Below, one piece after another: positions 41,522-54,569 of a stretch of DNA of 64,000 nucleotides. The DNA lies in assembly GCF_037042905.1 (NCBI RefSeq), contig NC_087245.1, positions 40,240,001-40,304,000 of the forward strand, written 5' to 3'. Source of the DNA: Lytechinus pictus. Taxonomy: Eukaryota. The stretch's first letter is position 1. Every line of letters starts with the position of its first letter. A program made the translations under genes and the position numbers. The notes under the pieces are model-generated. The model saw nothing but the letters and a program-made list of their open reading frames with translations, searched no databases and was not told where the DNA came from.

Positions 41522-42223
41522 TAATAAACATTGTTTATTAATTAACATCTAAGAATCGTAGATTCAGGAGTAGAATTGCATTGTATTTATGGAGACAGGT
41601 GGAAATTTGTATACAAGATAATTATGTCATTCAATTACAAGAATGAGTAGTGTATTGAGTGTTCAAATGTCTTTCTAATGTGATGTGGAGAAATGATAAA
41701 TTGTTGAGCAAAAAGTACGGTGGAGAAGTGCATGGACATACAATCAATAAGTTGTCACAGCCAAAGCAAATTTAGCAAGAAAAATAGATCTGATACATAT
41801 ATCTAAGAAATAAACATTGGTAATAATTATATTTTAAGGTGAAAGATTGCCAGCTTGTTCAATCTTTGTTAAACCCTTGGAATTTGTCAGCGCTTACTAC
41901 CATTTTTCATCTTCGATCTAATTGTAGGGCACCGTAGTTTTTAAAGATGAATTTCAGAGTTTTTGAATGGCAGAATAATCTTTTCATCAAAATAACAATG
42001 TTGATCACGGATAGCGACGTAATTTCCTTTTTACTGAAGTGTACATGCTAACACACAATATACAATTGACTAGACTCCAAAGTCTTGTCAACTTTACTTC
42101 TTATGTAATATTATTTACATTTAACGGACACAATTGGAGATATTTATAGAGCCTGCAAATAAAAAAGGGAGCACGTGGTACGATATGTATGACTTTGCAG
42201 GCTTAAACACCAACATACATATA

Positions 42224-42970
42224 AACTCCTCAAAAAAAGTTTGGAAATCTGATTTTGATCGATAATCCCTCCTCGGTTTTAGTAAATATCAATGTGTAAT
42301 TAATATCAATGAATAGATCATTTCATTTTCTTTAAAATGATACACTACATGATATGATTATGGTTCGCATGGAGGGTGCAGCGTCTTGAAATGTGGGGCA
42401 AGGTCAAAATTTAAAAGTTGCAAAATGACACAATATTAAAAGTCACTGTTTTTTTTCTGTGGTGATGAGTGAGTTTTTCAGCGGTTTCTTTTAACTGTTT
42501 TCATGCACCTTAACATCAACATTAACATGCAATCAAACACACCTCTGCACAAGCAAACACATAAGGAACAAACAAACATGCATGGGTATTTCAAACCACG
42601 ACTCAAACCATGTTATCTCACAGAACCATCACTACATAAACCACTGTCATCAAACCATACAAAAAAAAGAAAAAGCAGGGGCTTGATTTGAATGGATTTT
42701 CATCTCTGTTGACAAAGACAAAAGTATCATGTTCTGTATTGACCCTTCGATCATGACTATTTCTGCTCGTTTTGCAGCTTTTCAATTCAGACCTCATCCA
42801 ACACTTATGAATCCTGCTCGTTTCGTGATGGCATGATCATAACAAGCATGGTATCATTTTAAAGAGAATTAAATGATCTTTTGAATAATATCAAATATGC
42901 ATTGTGTAAAATTGGGAGTTGGGAGAAATTAATGGCCAAACTCAGATTTCCAAACTTTTTTTGAGGGGTT
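42224..42970. mobile_element. TA-flanked MITE (Tc1/mariner-like)
   Basis: TA|AACTCCTCAAAAAAAGTTTGGAAATCTGA inverted at 42942-42970|TA. Confidence 0.8.
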
Positions 42971-43439
42971 TAGATACGTGATACATGCATTTAAAAAAAA
43001 AATTCTGAATCAAATAATACTATCGAAAATCCTTGCGCCATTGTTTGTTGAATGAGTGGTCGATGTACTTTTTTTAATTGTTAGTGATTGCAGCATTACA
43101 CCTGACTAATGGTTGTCATAGGCGGCGGACGCAGGGGTGGGGGTGTCCCTAAAATTCAGGCAGGATGGACATTAATTCCCCCCTAAAAAATACCTTGAAG
43201 GGATACAATGAAAAGGGGGAAAGAAGGTGAACGAAGGGAAAGAAGTAAACGAAAGAAGAGAAAGAAAGATTGAAAGAAAGAAAGAAGGAAAGGAAGATGG
43301 AAACAAAGCAAGGATGAAAGAAAGAGAGAAGGAAAGAAAAAAATACAAAAATTTAACTGCAGGGTCACAGACTGAAATTGAGAGCAGTGAACATTACTCT
43401 AGAAAGGATTGAACTGTCACTCATGTGAGATAGAGTCTA

Positions 43440-44000
43440 AATAAAGTTTTTAAGTTTTGCTTACTTTCACCAAACAGTTACAAGTGCACACCGTGCAGGG
43501 TCGGTTTGCAAATGAGGGGACTGATTATGATGTCCCTCACTCACTATTTCTGTTGATTTTTATTGTTTGAATAAAACAATATTTCATATTTTAAAGATTT
43601 GACAATAATGACCATCTTGACTGAACCACAAAATGGTAATACCACAATCTTGTTCAGAGAGGAATAAATGTTTGTTCCACATGAAAATAAGGAGAAAATT
43701 GAAATATTTCATATTTCATATAATGAAATACAAAATAAAGGGATACGTATCCCTTTATTTTGGGATACGTATCCCTTTGTTGGGATGATAAAGAGCAAAT
43801 AGAGTGTATATAAAATTTCAATGTTTTGCTTACTTTCACAAAACAGTTATGTGCACATCCTACGGGGTTGGTATGCAAATGAGGGGACTGATGACGTCAC
43901 CCACTCACTATTTATTTTGTATTTCATTATATGAAATATGAAATATTTCAATTTTCTCCTCATTTTCATGTGAGACAAACATTTGTTCCTCTCTGAACAT
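43440..44000 (+). mobile_element. Rearranged fragments of the Kolobok-type MITE family
   Basis: Repeated TGCAAATGAGGGGACTGAT...CACTCACTATTT blocks in both orientations. Confidence 0.6.
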
Positions 44001-45014
44001 GAAACCTAAATGTCTACGTATCTAGAACGTAAGTATACGACTGATACGGATCATACTATTTTGGATACGTATGCCCTACTATAAGGATACGTATCTATCT
44101 TTTAAGGCTCGTGATTGGTCAATAGGGATACGTATCTGGTGTAGGGATACGTATATCTATTATTTGAATTATGACCACGATGGCCGACCATACTTCTTGA
44201 AGGGTTGCGTTACCACGTCGCACCGCACCGCAACACTTCGAAATAAGCACTCGGACTAAATGACATGATTTACAGCAAGGCTTTGAATTACATTTAAAAA
44301 ATGCTAGTCAGAATTGTATACAGTAACTCATTTTAATAGTACACCCTCTATAAAAATAGAAACATTTGGAACAAAATTTATAGTAATACGGTATTCTACC
44401 CAACACTCTGAAATAGTCCCATTCTGGATAACGATGTGTTACGTTTTTAATTAGATTTCGGCAAATCTTAAGTAACGTTGTCTTTTATTTCTTTTCATGA
44501 AAATCATGCAAAGGGAAAGCTCCAAATTGGGATTTCTTCTGATTTACCCTTCATTTCAGCTTGTCATATAAGCCTGCTACAGTTTCAACGCCTTAATTTT
44601 CTCCCATTATTTCCTTTACGATCCCTACGCATGATTAAATGTATATGTTGAAGGGCAAGTCCACCTCAACAAATGTAAACAAGATTTAGATAGAAAATAC
44701 GACAAGTTTATGAAAACATTTTAAAATCAGGGTCCCGTAACACAAAAGTTAGCAATTAATCGTACGCTTGATTTTCACAATTGATTGTACATTGTAGTCG
44801 ATGCAATCAATCGTAGAAAATGTTCCACGATCACTGCTAAGCTTTGTCTTACAGGCCTCAGATGTGAGCTTATTTTCACAAACCAAATATGCACACACTT
44901 TTCGTAAATTACAATTGAGGGAGCCGATGAATTCACGCGCTCTATGATTTTCCTAATTACTTTATGATATAAATTAAGTAATGTACTATTTTTAATTTTT
45001 GTTTGGACAATATG

Positions 45015-45165
45015 CACTCTGAAAAACGAAGTGCTAATTTAGCTCTTAAAGAGCGTGTATAGTGACTGCACTTAGTTCAAATTTGAACGAGAAAATCAGC
45101 ACTCCGAAGTGCAGTCACTATACACGCTCCTTAAGAGCTAAATTTGCACTCCAATTTTTAGAGTG
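45015..45165. mobile_element. 151-bp near-perfect palindromic MITE
   Basis: CACTCT...TTTAGCTCTTAAAGAGCGTGTATAGTGACTGCACTT is inverted in the right half. Confidence 0.8.
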
Positions 45166-46533
45166 TGCAAACGCTTTATTAAAACGCAATATTTTGCAAT
45201 AATTAAACAGTCAATGTGGACATGTTCAGTTAGGAATCTAACCTAGTTTAACTTTATGAGGAAAACATTCACATATTTGATATCTCATATAATGACAAAA
45301 AATAATATATTTCATATATCATACAATTTTCGGAGGATTTCTATTCAATTTCTAATTTCTATTTCGACCAATGAATTATGGATTTTCCTTATTTTCTCTC
45401 GATTTTCTCGTCACTTGGATTCATGTGAAAAACATAAAATGATACTCAAGGAAAATAGCACACTTAAAAATAACACTGAATAACAGAACATAAATATAAA
45501 CTATGAACTAATCAAAAAGGTGGATTGTCAAAAAAAAAAAATTAACAATAATTACTTGTAAGAAATAAATGAATATCACGGTTATCATTCGCTTCGGAAC
45601 GTTCATAATTATAGACATTCTTATCGACAATACTCAGTCAAGAGAAAGTCTTTTATTCAAATTTCCCATGTCATTTACTGGTAGCTCTAAAAACATCATA
45701 CTTTCTCTGATAGTTGACCTTCCACGTCTCATAAATAGACACTTTCAAAAGACACAAAAAGAAAGCACAACTTGTCGATGAGCTTGTCGCTCATTTTATA
45801 AAATACGATGTCGGGAAACACGAACGATGGATATCGCCCGGGGGAGTCATCCAGCTTTGCGATGCTTTCATGCGACAACCCCTGAATAACACCATTCTTT
45901 TTGCGAATCATCGAATCTGTTTAAACATCGAATTCAACAATGAACCATCGGAACACCAAGCCTCATCACAGAGGAACCTTCGCTACACGTTTATATTTAG
46001 AAAAAAAAACACGAATATGTAGGTTTATAAATATAAAACGGAGCATCGTTTTTCAACTAAAAAATGAATGAATGAACACACAAAACAAAGCTTCGAATAA
46101 ACGACGTGTAAAGGCGACCGCTCACCTAACGATTGGTCTGCGACTCAATTTTGGAATAAAAAGTAGTAGAATTTGATGCTAATATTGAGACTTGGAATAT
46201 CTTACTGTGTAATGTTCGAAATCATCGTGCGAATACCTATGTTCAAATCTGTGACTATGCTATCATCCTTAATAGAATAAAAGCAAATTTAATATCTAGT
46301 CATAATGACGTCATAGCAGTCGTACGATTGGGTACGATTTGAAACTAATTTGGCCTTTGCTCCAAAATAAAGGTTTGAAATCTTTCAAAATGGTTATATT
46401 AGTATTATTTCAATTAATGTTAACCTCAAATAAAATGATATGTTCCATTCACGTTTTCAGAAAATGAGCAAAATGCGATTTGTTCCAAAATCGGATCGTG
46501 AACAGTCGTAAGGTGTGCGGTGGCCTTAACAAT

Positions 46534-46712
46534 CTATCGCTCCTCCAGGATGACTTCATATGCTTTTGGAAGCAGAGTTGTAACACGATGACCATAGTCA
46601 TAGTTTGGTTTCACACCAGGAGGCAACGTGATTCTGAACCGCTGGAGAACGTTGGTGAAGAACAGGAACATTTCCATTTTGGCTAATTGCTCACCAAGGC
46701 AAACTCGACGCC
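46534..46712 (-). CDS. Cytochrome P450 (clan 2, CYP2-like), coding exon 5 of 5 (stop)
   Basis: Completes the heme motif PFGAG|RRVCLGEQLA; acceptor TTTCAATAG. Confidence 0.95.
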
Positions 46713-47178
46713 CTATTGAAATAATACACAAATGAAAATCTTTTAGCTATGATTAAAGAAACCATGCATGATAATTATATTTGGTAGAGACTCTCTGCCA
46801 TAATAATATAAACTAGAAGATTTACAGCGGTCGAATTATTGCCAATTGTTGGTAGGAATTTCAATATATAGGTCTTACATAATCATTACAATGATATCCA
46901 CATGGATGAGAGAAATAAACTTTATAGTTGAATTCAAATTAAACTTCGAATTAAATTCTGTTTTTAGCCAAATAGACCAATGGTTGATAGGTTTTATCAT
47001 AACAAATTCAAAATCATTGTAAAGGTAAGTCTTTTTGATATATCAGAAATCAGAGGACCTATACCTGAGTTCCCCAAAAATGATTTTTCAGAAAACACAA
47101 TTTATCAAATTATTTCTAAAAATCATTATCTTATATCCATTGTAGTTCTCGAAGAAAATGTCATATAATTATTTAAGA

Positions 47179-47459
47179 GGGCGCGTCGGGGTCTAGTGGT
47201 TCTGACTCTCGCCTTTCAAACAGAGGGTCGTGGGTTTGAATCCTAGCCATAGCGCGTTGTCCTTCAGCAAGAAATCTATCCACACTGTGCTGCACTCGAC
47301 CCAGGTGAGGTGAATGGGTACCCGGCAGGAGTAATTTCTTGGATGCACTGAGCGCCGGTGCACTGTAGCTCGAGCTAAAGCCGGGGTAATATAGCAGCGC
47401 TTTGTATCCTCAGGCAAAAGGCGCTTCATAAATCCAGCTGTTATTATTATTATCATTAT
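47179..47459 (+). mobile_element. tRNA-derived SINE, tail type 3 (CYP intron 4)
   Basis: Variant head GGGCGCGTCG..GTCTAGTGG; shared core; tail GCGCTTTGTATCCTCAGGCAAAAGGCGC. Confidence 0.85.
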
Positions 47460-47520
47460 CTGGCAATAAAAAGCATGCTCGACAAGCGGGAACATATAAT
47501 GATTTTGGAACTATCCTCAC

Positions 47521-47848
47521 CCGCTCCGAATGGCATGTAGGCATCATGTTTGACAACAGCCTTCCCATCCTCAGACAAGAAACGCTCAGGTCGGAACACT
47601 TCCGGGTCACCCCATATCTCAGGAATATGGTGTATGTACAGGATGTTCATCATGAGGTTGTCACCGGCAAGGATGTCGTAACCCTTGACCTTCAGATCAG
47701 ACGTTGCCCGGTGCGGGACACCGCCAGGGGCAATCGGACGATATCGGAGAACCTCCATGAGCGTTGCCTCTGTGTAGGGCATCAATTTGCGATCTTCGTA
47801 TCGAGGCGTGGCACTTGATCCGACTACAGAATTGATCTCGGCTACGAT
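47521..47848 (-). CDS. Cytochrome P450, coding exon 4
   Basis: MPYTEATLMEVLR (ExxR), FRPERF, MPFGAG; AG and GT sites in phase 0 and 1. Confidence 0.95.
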
Positions 47849-48178
47849 CTAATTAGAAATTGAAAGGGGTGAATAGTCGTAATAAGAACATGATATTTCG
47901 ATTTTTCATGAAGTAACATATAGATAATCATTATGATTGTACAATACTTTTCCCAAAGCCAAAAAAAAAAAAAAAAAGACTCGATTGTCGGGCGATTGTA
48001 AGAAATTGTATTTCCTTTGCAAAATAATCTGAACGATGCCTATGCGCTGTACATGCAATTACAGGCTAAACTCGGAACGTATTTTAAGTTTATCGTGCAA
48101 AATTTATGTTGTAATTACACAACTTTCAATAATCAGCTGTCCAAAAGAGCGTCTTTTGAGAGAGGTAATACTGTACTA

Positions 48179-48415
48179 CACAGCAAAAACTGTGGTGTTA
48201 ACCGAGGTACATAGAGGACCACATCAGCTGTTTTACACCGGTGTTAAATTGACAGGGTTAGTTTAACGCCTTTAAGTATTATTACACACCATGGTTGTTA
48301 CATTTACACTCTTAGGTGTTGTGTTCAATCTCTAGGGTGTAATTTTAACACATCAGGGTGTGGTCCTCTATTAACACCAACTGGTGTCAGCTTTAACGCC
48401 AAAGTTTTTACAGTG
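48179..48415. mobile_element. TA-flanked MITE (CYP intron 3)
   Basis: TA|CACAGCAAAAACT ... AGTTTTTACAGTG|TA. Confidence 0.7.
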
Positions 48416-48769
48416 TATGAAATGAAACCTTATAGGCATATTGTGAGCCGTTACGCTCGACCTTTGACCTGCAGACTTGAAGAGTGCCTCAGAGCCTGCC
48501 ACAGGCTGTCCAAAGGGCCCAAAAGGGCGGACCATTATGATTTAGATGAAATTTAAAACCAGAAACAATTTCCTGACGATGGACGTACCGTAGACCAAGA
48601 CATTTTTTTCTCACTCAGTCTCCCCCACACACCCCGACATGTACGTGGTTCCCTTATTTCTTCTACTGTATTTGAATTCTTCAGCTAAAAGGGTATTCAA
48701 GTTTAATAGTCAATACAGGAGGGGGATGATACATATATCTTTCTCTCCAGATTATCGCAGATGTGGTAT

Positions 48770-49520
48770 ACGGTACACCATGTGGATTATTATAGACACA
48801 GTGGATAGAAGAAGAAAAAGAAATGGATAGGCGAGAAAGTGGAAATTTGAGAGTAGTGGAAGGATGGATAAGGAGATGCTGGCTTGAGTCGGCGAGTAGA
48901 GATGATGAGCATGCAGAAGCAGTAGAGATACTCGACTTTTCGGGCAGGTTGACTGTCCGTCTTCAGGAGACAGTCCTGAAGACGGACTGAAAACGGACAG
49001 TGAACCTGCCCGAAACGTCGAGTCTCTCTACTGCTTCTGCTCATCATCTCTACTCGCCGACTCAAGCCAGCATCTCCTCATCCATCCTACTACTCAAGCT
49101 GTTTTCAACTCATCAATCTCTTCTGGTTTACAGTCCTTTTCAGGACTACATTCAAGAAACGGGTCGTGTGGTCCAGTGGTTAGAGCATTGGACTCATAAT
49201 CGCAAGGTTGTGAGTTCGAATCTCCACTCTGCCATTGTCTCCACTTTGATAAAAAGGCCCAAGAGTGATGTCTGTCGTCTATTACGTCAGCCACTATGAC
49301 TGATTAACCTAGACGTAAAATGTTTCTAAGGTAATTGGTTATATACCAGCTTAGCGGATACCAGCAAAATGCTGTCCTTCCGAGTTCCTGCGGGAGTTAC
49401 CACAAACAGAAACAGATACAGAAAGATTACTCTCAAATTTCCACTTTCTCGCCTATCCATTTCTTTTTCTTTTTTCTTCTTCTATCCACTGTGTCTATAA
49501 TACTCCACATGGTGTACCGT
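48770..49520. mobile_element. Inverted-repeat element with hammerhead-like cores, probably Penelope-derived
   Basis: 48851-48966 pairs with 48975-49097, and 48770-48855 pairs with 49428-49520; CTGAAGA...GAAA in each arm. Confidence 0.6.
49161..49426 (+). mobile_element. tRNA-derived SINE of a different family (CAT anticodon-like loop)
   Basis: TGGTCCAGTGG A box, CTCATAA loop, GTTCGAATC B box, (ACAGAW)n tail. Confidence 0.75.
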
Positions 49521-49787
49521 GAATCACATCAGCGATTGTACATGCCATCATGCAAACCGTCAAACAACATCTCTCCAGATTAATTTTTAAACTTTCGAAG
49601 GACAAATAGAAACTTCTGCACCCTCCAAGTCAATAAGTCTTAAATTTTCTTTCAAATTTGAATGAAAATTCAAGTCTCGATCGCGCCACCCCTGCATTAA
49701 CTCTTATAATAATGGGACACGGTAATACCCCTTATTCTACATGTATTCCATTCCAGGAGGCTAGTCACGTACATCTGCATTCCATAC

Positions 49788-50401
49788 CTTCTTTTGAATT
49801 TCCGGACGGCCTGCCATAAAGAGGAAAGCCCAAAGTAGCGTTGTCGATGTCGTCTCCGTCCCCGCCAGGAAGAAATCGAAAACTAATGGCCATGCCTTTG
49901 ACAAATCCAGTTTACATTTCTCGCCTGCTTCCCGCGCGCGGTTTATTTCCTTCAAGTATAAATCGATGACATCTCTGACATGGTTCGAATCATAAGTTGT
50001 CTTGTGCTCCATGACCTCGTCTTCTAAGAACTTTCGGATTGCCCTAATATTTCTTCTCCGAGCGTTGTCGATGAAGGTGGGGAGATTGGACAGGGCTTGC
50101 GGCGGATCTTCAGCCACGAAGAAATTGATCCGTTTTATCATGTCCTTGAATTTTGGATCCGAATATTCGAATCGTTGGCCGAACGTAATGGCGCAGATTA
50201 TATTTGAGACGGCATTGTTGACGGCGAAGAAAGGATCGAATGGTTTACCAATCTTCGCCAACAAAATTTCATTGAACATTCGCGCTTCTTCGTTGATGGA
50301 GTTTTCAAGGGATTTTTTGCCCATTCCGAAGTTACGAAGCGCCGCAAGACCGAAACGTCGGTGCTGAATCCATTCTTCCCCTTCTGAGAATATGATCCCA
50401 C
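49788..50401 (-). CDS. Cytochrome P450, coding exon 3
   Basis: GIIFSEGEEWIQHRRF (WxxxR), LRNFGMGKKS, NIIC.ITFG.RF, AGTETTSTT I-helix; phases 1 and 0. Confidence 0.95.
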
Positions 50402-50599
50402 CTATAACACAAGATTGGGAGAAGAGTTTTGTGAATAAAATATACAATGGATATTTTATTTCTCATTTGACTGATTTTCAAAAGGGAATAACGTTAACAA
50501 CATGTGAGGATAATTATATCATTAATAATTATTAATATATATTTTAAACAAGTGCACACGAAGTTAACAATAATGCATATAGCATTTCCATTTATTTGA

Positions 50600-51480
50600 A
50601 AGCAGGATAAAAGAGCATTGTACATTAAATGCTTTGCTCACGGGCAGCAAAGGTGCCGCGGCCGGGGATCGAACCCCGGACTTTCTATGTATAGCCTGGC
50701 GCCTTAGGGTGCGTTTATCCGCCAATTTTTTACCCTAGAATCATGATCTGATCGAATCATGATTCAAATCATGATTCTGCAGAATCACGATTGCGTTTAG
50801 TCGAAATTGAATATAATCATGATTAGAATCACAAACATGAAACACGAAAAAAGGGGCGTTTGGAAAGACGTTTCTGCAGAATCACGTACGAAAATGTTCG
50901 AATAAACGATATCGTGATTACAATCATGATTCTATGACGTCATTGTGTCGGGCTACTTTAGGTTTGACTCTTGCCAAGCTCAAGACGCGCTGTGCTCAGT
51001 GTATTTATATAATATCATATGCATGCATTCTGTGTTGGGCATCGCATCGTCCACTTCTTTCCATCTTTTTTTGGTCATGTCTTTAACTTCAAGTGAACTA
51101 GTAAATGAACTAACTGAACAGACAATGATATCAATTGTTGTTGAGATAACAAGTGTCAATAGGAAATTGGATCTACGCTAAAATTTACATCCGAACACAA
51201 TTTTCGATAAACCGACAAGAAGCATAATAAGTAAACAAATTGTGGTATGATAGACTGAATTCGGAAGGTAGAGGATTGATTTTTCGAGAGCCAAAACACG
51301 TGCGAAAACACGGTCCGAATCCGAGGAAAAACAGCTTTAAAATGAAGGTCGTCTGAACGCTGATTCTGTGGTATTGTGATTCATGTTTGTGTTTTGAATC
51401 ATGATTCAAATCATGATTCAAATCATGATTCTCGCTTGAGGTCGCATAAACGCAGCCTTAGACCACTCGGCCACGGCACC
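50600..51480 (-). mobile_element. tRNA-SINE whose head is split by a MITE
   Basis: Minus head GGTGCCGTGGCCGAGTGGTC(TAA) at 51480-51458 resumes at 50706 and continues to B box GGTTCGATCC. Confidence 0.7.
50707..51457. mobile_element. PIF/Harbinger-like MITE with TTA duplication
   Basis: TTA|GGGTGCGTTTAT...ATAAACGCAGCC|TTA; subterminal AATCATGATT palindromes. Confidence 0.85.
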
Positions 51481-51764
51481 TTCATTTAATCATAACCATT
51501 AATATGACTAACGATGGAATTAAAAAAACCAGAAGCAAAGATGATAATGAAATGAAAAATATTTAGGCCTACAGACTTAATCATCGTCATTAATGATAGT
51601 AATGAAACGAATAAAAATAACATTAATTCTGAGGATGGTGATAGATTATGATGATAATAATTCAAGTGTAATCATTATTATAAGCATCACAAGAAATGTG
51701 ATACCTGATTACACTAGCTAAGCCAGACTATATGGGCAATATTATATACCGGCAGGCACTTCAG

Positions 51765-52035
51765 GGCCCCATCTTACAAAGGACTACGATTGATCCAATC
51801 AATCGTAACTCTATGGAAATCCATCAGTGTCACATTTTTTTCTACAGGAAATTTGCAAATTGTCCTTTGTAAACAAAGGAGAACACACCAAATTGTCAAG
51901 AAATCCGATGTATTTTGGATATACATTCATACCTAGATTAAAAAAAAACAAAACATGCATTTTATATGTTGATTTTGCTGGCCGTCCATAGTTGCGATTG
52001 ATTGGATCAATCGTAACTTTTTGTAAGACGGGGCC
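51765..52035. mobile_element. PIF/Harbinger-like MITE with CAG duplication
   Basis: CAG|GGCCCCATCTTACAAA...TTTGTAAGACGGGGCC|CAG; ~50-bp TIRs. Confidence 0.8.
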
Positions 52036-52087
52036 CAGGTCATCTACAATTCTAACAGTGGATAACAACGAATTGCTGGACACTTAC

Positions 52088-52239
52088 CATGATACTGAGA
52101 GATGGCCTTAAATTCCCATGCTTCTTCTCTACCGGATGTTACCTCGGCTTGTTTGACAAGAGCCTCATTAACGACCTCGGGACTAGCAAGAATTATGTAA
52201 CGAGTCCCGCCATTGTCCAGACACACGACATCACCGTAT
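52088..52239 (-). CDS. Cytochrome P450, coding exon 2
   Basis: RYGDVVCL...VVNEALVKQAEVTSGR; acceptor TTTGTCAG, donor GTAAGT; phases 2 and 1. Confidence 0.92.
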
Positions 52240-52520
52240 CTGACAAATATAAAATGTGACTGTTTTTATCATCTCTTCAAAATATAGATTCGTCAGGGAC
52301 GTCCAAATGTGTATCCCGTGTTGAAGCCACGGTAATCATCGTACATGCCGTCGAAACAGTTGCAAACTGTAACAACCATTCGGGGAAACTTCCCCTGTAT
52401 ATTCAGGATTCCCCAGGAAAGAAGGAACCTTTTTCTTCCAAAACTTTTTGACAATTAAGCCCTCCCCCCTTTAAAACATAAATAATCATAAATGAAAATT
52501 GGTTCAAAAGGGCATTTTGA

Positions 52521-52692
52521 TGCGTGTGTGTATTTGAGCTGAATTGTCAGACGTGTATCAGCAATCAGATATGATTATTTACGTCTGGGGCCGACCTTTA
52601 ATTAACGTCACCATCCGAAAGACGTGACCAGGGTTCGAACCTCGAACTTCTGCATCAATTTGTTACTTCCCCATGTAGCTTGGATTACAGGC
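52521..52692 (-). mobile_element. 5'-truncated copy of the 7SL-headed SINE (CYP intron 1)
   Basis: Near-identical to 61571-61722; begins at GCCTGTAATCCAAGCTA on the minus strand. Confidence 0.8.
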
Positions 52693-53373
52693 TTTTTATA
52701 GATCCAACCCTTAATGGATGGAATCTTTTTTCATTATTTCAGCTAACATAAGCCCACCAGATCGTGTGGTTTTTCAAATAAGATTGTTCGTGCAGGAATC
52801 CAAGCTATTATCATACGTGACCTTCTACTATTCACCTAAAATTGTGTATATAGAATATTTCTTTAAAAAATGGTGCTATATAAATTCCTATTATTATTAT
52901 CATTATTATTATTATTCTTGTATTATTATTATTATTATTAAGCTAGCTATAGGCATTTGATGGCGAGATATGTTGTGCCGAGTTCAATGTAACATCAGCA
53001 AGCTCGTCCATTTGCCTACTTGAATTATGGAAATGCTGACATGGTGAATTTACTATGAGATTGAAGTTCTTCCAGACATATATGTCAAGTCACGACACCT
53101 ACAAAGGAAATTTTGGCCCAGATAGTGTCAATTTTGTCTATTTTATGATTCAAGTTAGCTTAAGTGGTAATGGAGTAATAATAAAATGCGACATATTTTA
53201 CTTTTCATTTATTTTAAATCCATGGCTATAGAGACCATATTTTGATGGTCCACACCCGAAATCTGCCATATCGGTAGAATACGTGTATGGCCATTTACCC
53301 CCAGTAAATGGATCAGTGTGGAATGGTCAGATTCATATGAAACCAGGCCATCTGATACTGATTTGAGGGCGAA

Positions 53374-53720
53374 TTGCCAATTCGTCTAATGCCAACTCGT
53401 CCACTCATCACATGGTCCAACATTTCGCTGAACAACAATTTGGTCCATTCATCGATCTCTTCGTGTAATCACCATTTCGTCTCATAACCAGTTGGTCTAA
53501 AATCCATTTCATTTTCATCCATTTCGCCCAATAACACTTAGTCCAATTAGACCAAATGGTCCCAATTCGTACATGGACAAAATGGCTATTGGACCAACTG
53601 GTTATCATACGAAGTGGTGAGTGGACGAACTGGCAATTATTGGACGAACTGATGGTAGACCAAATGATAGTAGACGAGTTGGCTATTGGACGAATTAGCA
53701 TTAGACGAAGTGGAAATAAA
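53374..53720. mobile_element. MITE with short internal repeats
   Basis: ATTGCCAATTCGTCTAATGCCAACTCGTC inverted as GACGAGTTGGC...TTAGACGAAGTGG. Confidence 0.6.
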
Positions 53721-54569
53721 TCTGTATACATGGAGCCCTATAATTAACTGATTCCAAACACATATGGCTAAGGATGTATTTCATCTTGCTCCATCGAGAC
53801 ATGGCATCCAGAACAATAATGAAATGTCATTACTTCAGTACTCTATCAGACAACATGGAACTTCGTTTCGACACATCGATTCTCTTAATCGGACAGAAGC
53901 TACAATGAAACCAACCGAAGGTATCACAGGCCTAATTCATTTCCCATAGACTCGTGTTTTGAGTGGCACTTAAAAAGAATTCATCAAAAATAAGGAGGAA
54001 ATTCGAGGGTTGAATGTTTACTACCAGTGGAAAGTATAAATGTCTGACATTCTGACCAGAAAAGGGTACCTCGACCGGTTCATTTTAAAAAATAAATCAG
54101 CATTTAAGAAGACTACACCTGACGGGCGTAAATATTCATATCTGAATGATATGCGCCTTTAAACCCAAGATAACAACAACACCAACAAATTCATCACTTG
54201 AGAGAGTTAAATGGCCCTAATTCTTCCGCCAGTAAAAATATAGTTCCATAGTGGTAATATCTTTCCAGCAATTTGGAAAAAGGAAGTTCAGTAGGTACCC
54301 TCCCTAGAATCAGTGTTAAATTGTCAGTCATATTCATTCATTTTTGTCAATCAGCGATATCAATTTAAAAATTGAGCTATGGGTTGGCTCGAATGAATAT
54401 CTTTGGCCTGCCAGTTGTAGTTAGACCCGTGTTACCCGAAAACAAAATTTTGCCCTGGCGCGGGCCCTGGCGCACGAAGGATGCTGGGACAGATATGTAT
54501 ACTGAAAGTGGAACACGGAAAGAGTAGAAGATAACAATAGTTATTCGATCGTTAGTTAAATTAAATTAC

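Noticed and set aside
49161..49235. tRNA-Met(CAT) gene; similar tRNA-like heads at 4536, 26422, 32431, 47179 and 55446
   Set aside because: Acceptor and anticodon stems do not pair properly, and each continues into a SINE body with a simple-repeat tail
50002..50367. 121-aa plus-strand ORF
   Set aside because: Antisense shadow of CYP exon 3
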